DNA of 64,000 nucleotides from Podarcis vaucheri (lineage: Eukaryota): the NCBI GenBank assembly GCA_965113315.1, contig OZ220372.1. One strand, written 5' to 3'. The notes beneath the pieces were generated by a model, which was given only the letters and a program-made list of their open reading frames with translations, did not search any database and had not been told where the DNA came from. Shown here piece by piece: positions 62,871 through 64,000 of the stretch (positions are counted from its first letter, which is position 1; every line of letters begins with the position of its first letter). The translations under genes and the position numbers were made by a program.

Positions 62871-63862
62871 GTAGGTGACATGCTCTCTCTTCATTTGTTT
62901 CTCTGTCTCTTTGTTGAGACGCTATTTGCTACTGTGACTCTTTTCAGCTCCCTGCATTATCTGTCCTGTGTGCATACCATTAGGTATAACAAATGCACGT
63001 ATGTGTACTTCAGGAGAAGCATGAATGAAAGGGGAGGTGGCTTTGAAGTTTTGGTCTAAGCTGCTCTGGTTACTAAAGAGCCAAGTTGTTTTTAAAGCAG
63101 AAGGGACTTGCCTCTTCAGCAGAGGAAAATTGCTGTGATAGAAACTTTAAAGAAGCCTCCAGCTGCACATGAGGGTCTCAAGTGTGTGTGTGGGGTTTAT
63201 TTGACTTATTGTCTTCAATCTGTTGACTGGGCCATTAGTATACTTGTGTTTTGTCACCCATCTACCCCCAACCTGCTAAAAGAAAAGTTATCCACAATAC
63301 ATTGTCCGAACTGTATGTTTTATAGTAATTTAAAAGTAAAAGTATTGGAGTAAGTTGGTACCAGTTACAATCAGATTGCTTCCTGGGACAGAGTTAGTAA
63401 CATCTGGAAGCAGTTTCTGCACTGGTTATGTGGTGTATGCAATGGCTCATCTTCTCCATTCCCTACCCTAAAGTGTGACTTCCACTTTGATATGACTTCC
63501 ATCTTTGCTTCCTATTGCCAGCAGAAACTGAAGATCTACTTTGGACATGAGTCCCTCTTTCCCTTTCTCTTGCTATCTTTCTCCTACCCTTGTTTCAGAC
63601 CACAAGCTGCTCAAGCCACTTAGTATAAGTTACCTTTCCTCCTGAGCGGATTTTCTATCCCTCTAGTTATACCTTTCTGTTGTGTAACCTTTCCTGATCC
63701 TTGAAAGCAGCCCATTGCATCCTAGGTGATGATCTCTTGCTCCTGCTGCCTCCCCAGAGTTGCCACCATGTTGTATGCCACTCATTTTGCTTTAGCATGC
63801 CTCCAGGCTGGTGTAACCAGTCCGTTAACTGCCAAAAGTTGCACCACAAGTGGGATATTTGA

Positions 63863-64000
<138 letters not shown>

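Overview
This is vertebrate genomic DNA, most likely from a lacertid lizard, judging by Sauria/POM-type SINEs, Squam3-type SINEs, CR1 and squamate hAT/Tc1 MITEs. Two known + strand genes lie in tandem, in the order I recall for human 22q13. CSNK1E (casein kinase 1 epsilon) has eight coding exons at 5987-21768 (its first coding exon is upstream of the window), a 3'UTR intron, and a terminal exon to about 24990. TMEM184B has a CpG-island promoter/exon 1 near 34600-35147 and coding exons from 47198 to beyond 64000, including a 24-nt alternative microexon at 62847-62870. The main surprise is the apparently intergenic stretch at about 26.6-33.2 kb. Splice-signal-bounded + strand segments there translate, in colinear order, into a highly diverged, lesion-riddled classical calpain large subunit (CysPc protease core, C2-like domain III, penta-EF domain IV). 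It is probably an unannotated calpain pseudogene with partly non-classical intron positions. Other points: a strong-Kozak uORF in the TMEM184B leader, possible alternative CK1-epsilon C-terminal tails, an AmnSINE1-like 5S-derived relic, several near-perfect hairpins, many MITEs with intact target-site duplications (TSDs), and one 166-N assembly gap. All homology calls are by eye against sequences recalled from memory; no searches were run.
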